Assembly (NCBI GenBank): GCA_965248235.1
Contig: CBDFIU010000004.1
Coordinates: forward strand, 961,898-1,025,897
From: Bryobacterales bacterium
Lineage (GTDB): Bacteria; Acidobacteriota; Terriglobia; Bryobacterales; UBA6623
DNA: 64,000 nt
Direction of reading: 5' to 3'
Position 1 is the first letter of the stretch; every line of letters starts with the position of its first letter. Shown here piece by piece: positions 60,450 through 64,000 of this stretch. The notes beneath the pieces are model-generated. The model was not told where the DNA came from. It did no database searches and saw only the letters and a list, made by a program, of their open reading frames with translations. The position numbers and the translations under genes are program-made.

Positions 60450-61712
60450 ATGACGCAGCCTCTTCAACTCAGTAAATACTCTTTCGGCGTAGGCGACCGC
60501 TTCGCGCATCAGGCCAAGGCGCAATTGCAAGCTTGCGTGCTTGGGGCCGAGCAGGGCGCCGACATCGTCCCGGTGTGGAATAAGTCGCACCGCGAACATA
60601 ATATCGTCGGCTCGCGGCCGGAGAGCGTGCGGGTCGCGGCGGATGAAGCGGTGGCGGCGCTGGGTTGGAAAGCTCCGCATCATGTCGACGCCGACCACAT
60701 CAATATGGGAACGGTCGACGGCTATCTTGATTCGTCGGATTTCTACACGATCGACGTAGCCGACTCGATCGGTGAACCTTCCTCGGCCGGGGATGTCGAT
60801 GCTTTTCTCGATAGGCATCCCGAGTTGATCGGACGAATCGAAATCAGCGGCATCGAGGAACCTTTCGATACGTCGCGCGACAGCGTCGGGGGCGTGGTCT
60901 CGCAATATCTGGCCGCGGTGCACGAGGCGGGTGGGATTTACCGCCATATCGAGGGCCGTAAGGGAGCGGGAAACTTCATCCCCGAGGTCTCGATGGATGA
61001 GACCGACAACCCGCAGACGCCGCCCGAGCTTTTAGTGATTCTCGCCGCTATCGCCGACGAAGGAATTCCGATCCAAACGATTGCTCCGAAGTTCACCGGG
61101 CGCTTCAACAAGGGCGTCGATTATGTTGGCGATGTCGCGCGGTTTGAAAAGGAATTCCGCGACGACCTGGCCGTGATCGCTCATGCCGTCGAACGCTATG
61201 GGCTGCCGAGCAACCTCAAGTCAAGCGTTCACTCGGGCAGCGACAAGTTTTCAATTTATGCTCCGATCCGGCGCGCCTTGGCGGATACGGGGGCGGGCGT
61301 TCATTTAAAGACGGCCGGGACGACATGGCTCGAAGAGTTGATCGGCCTCGCCGAAGCCGAGGGCGACGGGCTGGCTCTGGCCAAGGAAGTCTACGCCGAC
61401 GCCCACCAGCAGCAAGACGCCCTGTGCGCCCCCTATGCCGCCGTCATCGACATTGATCCGGCGAAGCTGCCCACTCCCGCCGAGGTTGCCAACTGGACGG
61501 CCGACCAATATACGGCCGCGTTGCGTCACGATCCCACTCGCGCCGAATACAACGCGAGCCTGCGCCAACTGTTGCACGTGGGTTACAAAGTCGCGGCGAA
61601 GATGGGTGAGCGCTATTACGGCATGCTCGTCGAGTGCGAAGAGACGATCGCGAAGAATGTGACCGAGAATCTCTACGAGCGGCACATTCGGCCGCTGTTT
61701 CTTGGGGTATAG
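60450..61712 (+). CDS. uxaE: tagaturonate/fructuronate epimerase family protein
   Basis: SFGVGDR, DADH, EVSMDE, APKF.G.F.KGVDY.GD, HSGSDKF, H.KTAGT.WLE. Confidence 0.85.
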   Translation: MTQPLQLSKYSFGVGDRFAHQAKAQLQACVLGAEQGADIVPVWNKSHREHNIVGSRPESVRVAADEAVAALGWKAPHHVDADHINMGTVDGYLDSSDFYTIDVADSIGEPSSAGDVDAFLDRHPELIGRIEISGIEEPFDTSRDSVGGVVSQYLAAVHEAGGIYRHIEGRKGAGNFIPEVSMDETDNPQTPPELLVILAAIADEGIPIQTIAPKFTGRFNKGVDYVGDVARFEKEFRDDLAVIAHAVERYGLPSNLKSSVHSGSDKFSIYAPIRRALADTGAGVHLKTAGTTWLEELIGLAEAEGDGLALAKEVYADAHQQQDALCAPYAAVIDIDPAKLPTPAEVANWTADQYTAALRHDPTRAEYNASLRQLLHVGYKVAAKMGERYYGMLVECEETIAKNVTENLYERHIRPLFLGV

Positions 61713-61739
61713 GGACTTTTGCGCGACCGGTCGGCCGGC

Positions 61740-62600
61740 TTAACGTTGAAACGGGTTCTTGCCCGCGCCGCCGAACATTGACTGCTTCTTGTAACCGCCC
61801 GGCACTTCGAAGATCGCCGCATCGAAGTCCTCGCGGCGAAATTCCTTGATCTCGCTCCGGGAGCTGGGTCGGCCGTCCCGGTAGCCGATCTGGCGTACCG
61901 GCACGCCGGAAAAGTCCGGGCCGTCGCCTCCGGCTCCCACGCGAAACGGGGTTTGCTGTTCGGCTTGCCCGCCCCCGAATTGTGATAAGCCTTTGATGAA
62001 TTCCGCCATCTGTTTCATGACCTCGAAGTCGGAGGCCTCGAAGCCCACCTCGCCGGGCGGCACGGTCCAGATGTCGCGCCGCTTCTCGCCGTCGCGCACG
62101 CCCTCGTATTTATCACACGTCCATTGATTGACCTGTTGTCCCGAAGCGACGAGACTGTATCCGGTCTTCGAAGTCGGGGCGGTGGCCGCGGGCATGCCGC
62201 CCATGCGGGATTTCATCATTTTCTCGACCATCGCGCGGCGCTCGGGAGGCATATTCTTGAGTTGCTCTTCCATCTGCTTGCGCATCTCCGCCATTCGGTC
62301 GCCCACTTGTTCCCCGAAGCGATCGACTTGTTCCTTGGTCAATTCTTGATAAGACTTCTTGTCGGGAGCAATGATCCACATCGTCTGCTTGTCGCCGCGA
62401 AAGATCATCACGCTACGGCCCATTTCGCCTTCGGTCTCGATGCGAACGCGGTCGGAATCGACAAAGACTTTCGTCGTCGTCGCTTGCTCGGCATGCTGAA
62501 ATGACTCGTGGCTGTTGACCATGACGACGCCGGCGTTCAATGAAGCCGGTGCGGAAAGCGTCAGGCATAAGAAGACGGAAAGGACAAGGAGGGATTTCAC
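61740..62600 (-). CDS. DUF4412-like exported protein
   Basis: Signal peptide, RIE, KKSY.E, Met-rich linker, W.C.KY, FEVP.GYK. Confidence 0.7.
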   Translation of the reverse strand: MKSLLVLSVFLCLTLSAPASLNAGVVMVNSHESFQHAEQATTTKVFVDSDRVRIETEGEMGRSVMIFRGDKQTMWIIAPDKKSYQELTKEQVDRFGEQVGDRMAEMRKQMEEQLKNMPPERRAMVEKMMKSRMGGMPAATAPTSKTGYSLVASGQQVNQWTCDKYEGVRDGEKRRDIWTVPPGEVGFEASDFEVMKQMAEFIKGLSQFGGGQAEQQTPFRVGAGGDGPDFSGVPVRQIGYRDGRPSSRSEIKEFRREDFDAAIFEVPGGYKKQSMFGGAGKNPFQR

Positions 62601-62814
62601 AATTTGGTCCTTCTAACTACACATCATCGGCGGACTTTCATGATCGCACGAGAGAGAGGCCTGTCCGCATAGTACGGTAGTCGCGGCGGGCGTGTGCTGG
62701 CCGGCTGAGAGCCGATCAAACCATGGGCTTGGACCGGCACGAGTGCCGGTCGCTACCGGGGGCGTGCCCCCCCAGTCGCCGCCCGACGGACTTCCGCTAC
62801 TATCGAAAGACTCG

Positions 62815-63897
62815 ATGAAAGCTCTTGCCTTTCAGCCCGCTCGGGGCGCCGTTGAGATTATCCGCGTTCCCGATCCTTCGCTTTCGTCCGCGGACCACGT
62901 GATGGTGGAGATGCTGCGCGGGGGCATCTGCGCCACCGACCGCGCCGTGGTCGCCGGCCGCGTCGGCGCCACGCCCAACGAAGCTGACTTCCTCGTCACC
63001 GGACACGAATCGTTGGGACGCGTGGTGGAAATCGGCGGCGGGGTCTCGACGTTGCAACCGGGCGATCTTGTGTCCGCGTCGCCGCGCCGCCCTTGCGTCG
63101 AAGGCTGCGAGCAGTGTGGCCGGGATCGCGCGGACTTGTGCGAAACGGGCGGCTGGCTTGAACGCGGGATCCACGGGGTGCATGGGTTCTTCGCGGAATT
63201 GGTGGTCGAGCACTCGCCGTATTTGTTTCGGGTCTCGCCGGAATTGGAGCCGGTGGCGGTTTTGATGGAGCCGGTTTCGGTGGTCGAAAAAGCGCTGACT
63301 CGCATGGCGGACGCCGAAGAGGCGCTTTTCGGGAGGCGCAAACGAGGGAAGCTGCTGGTTTTGGGAGCGGGCCCGATTGGCATTCTGACGTCGCTGATCG
63401 CGCGGGTGGAAGGCTACAGCGTGACGACGGTTTCGATCGAAGAGACGGACAGTCGGCAGGCGGGCATCGTGAAAGACGCCGGCGCGGACTACGTTGTCTC
63501 GGGGCAGTTGGCGGGCGGCGACTTCGACGGTTTAATCGATTGCACCGGACACCCGACGGCCGCGTTTGAGCATCTCCCGCATCTGACGGCGAACAGTATC
63601 GTGGTGTTGGTCGGAAGTTCCCGCGCGGGGCATCCGCGGGAAATCGATGTCGGCGGCTTGTTTACGCAGGCGATTCTCAAGAACCAGGTGTGGCTGGCGA
63701 CAATCAGCGCCGACCCCGGATCGTGGCGCAAGGCGGCCGAGGACCTCGGACGAATTCACGGCGAGCAACCCGGATTGCTCGATCAAGTCATTACCCACCG
63801 GATCCATTGGGAAGCCTCCGGTCCGGCTTTTCTCGGGCGCGGGGCCGGCGAGATTAAGACGGTGCTCGAGTTTCAGGAAGGCGGCGAAAATGCTTAG
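62815..63897 (+). CDS. zinc-dependent glucose 1-dehydrogenase-like MDR enzyme
   Basis: GICATD, GHES.G.V, RRPC...C..C.......C, ERGI.G.HGF, GAGPIG. Confidence 0.85.
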   Translation: MKALAFQPARGAVEIIRVPDPSLSSADHVMVEMLRGGICATDRAVVAGRVGATPNEADFLVTGHESLGRVVEIGGGVSTLQPGDLVSASPRRPCVEGCEQCGRDRADLCETGGWLERGIHGVHGFFAELVVEHSPYLFRVSPELEPVAVLMEPVSVVEKALTRMADAEEALFGRRKRGKLLVLGAGPIGILTSLIARVEGYSVTTVSIEETDSRQAGIVKDAGADYVVSGQLAGGDFDGLIDCTGHPTAAFEHLPHLTANSIVVLVGSSRAGHPREIDVGGLFTQAILKNQVWLATISADPGSWRKAAEDLGRIHGEQPGLLDQVITHRIHWEASGPAFLGRGAGEIKTVLEFQEGGENA

Positions 63898-63929
63898 CCT
63901 GAAGCTTCAATTGGAGCGGGTTGAGGATT

Positions 63930-63954
63930 GGGCAGGCCTGGAGACCTGCCCCAC
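63930..63954 (-). repeat. REP-like palindrome
   Basis: Minus strand GTGGGGCAGGTCTCCAGGCCTGCCC, 32 bp after a stop codon. Confidence 0.45.
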
Positions 63955-64000
63955 TGGGAGCCGGCGCTGTTGGATGTCAATGGAGAAGATCGAGAGAGCC

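Noticed and set aside
752-63897. Many long antisense and alternate-frame ORFs
   Set aside because: Expected shadows of high-GC coding sequence
1-64000. GC-skew switch marking a replication origin
   Set aside because: Early genes look C-rich and late genes G-rich on plus, but the middle alternates; I cannot place a switch by eye

Overview
GC-rich bacterial chromosome window. Gene content (PSD1/DUF1553-DUF1501 pair, CRTAC1 and FG-GAP proteins, Oar-type TonB receptor, DUF6677, DUF4252-ECF module, many Tat-signal enzymes) suggests Acidobacteriota, probably Bryobacterales-like; this is inference. Positions 1-40 kb and 58-64 kb are mostly core and metabolic genes: dgoD-like, proC, sulfite/nitrite reductase, dnaB, argJ, fmt, def, rpiB, 2-oxoacid dehydrogenase E1 alpha/beta and uxaE. 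Positions ~46.4-57.8 kb form a decayed island next to tRNA-Val(GAC). It holds a STAND-NTPase/2TM pseudogene broken by IS1595 and IS630, a vapBC pair, IS1380, a P4/PICI-like satellite remnant and a truncated ECF module. The most notable unannotated signals are: (1) an ORF-poor, heavily base-paired ~375-nt region (44907-45281, minus) with a sigma-54-type promoter and IHF site upstream and a terminator hairpin whose loop displays an anti-Shine-Dalgarno sequence, a candidate novel sRNA; (2) a small TIR element (MITE) whose two complete copies both sit exactly on duplicated TGA stop codons; (3) DnaA boxes and an IHF-like site in an AT-rich region upstream of dnaB; (4) an Rrf2-like operator controlling a sulfite reductase plus an uncharacterised partner gene. 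Several frameshifts may be real or sequencing errors. All family assignments come from motif recognition by eye; no database search was run.
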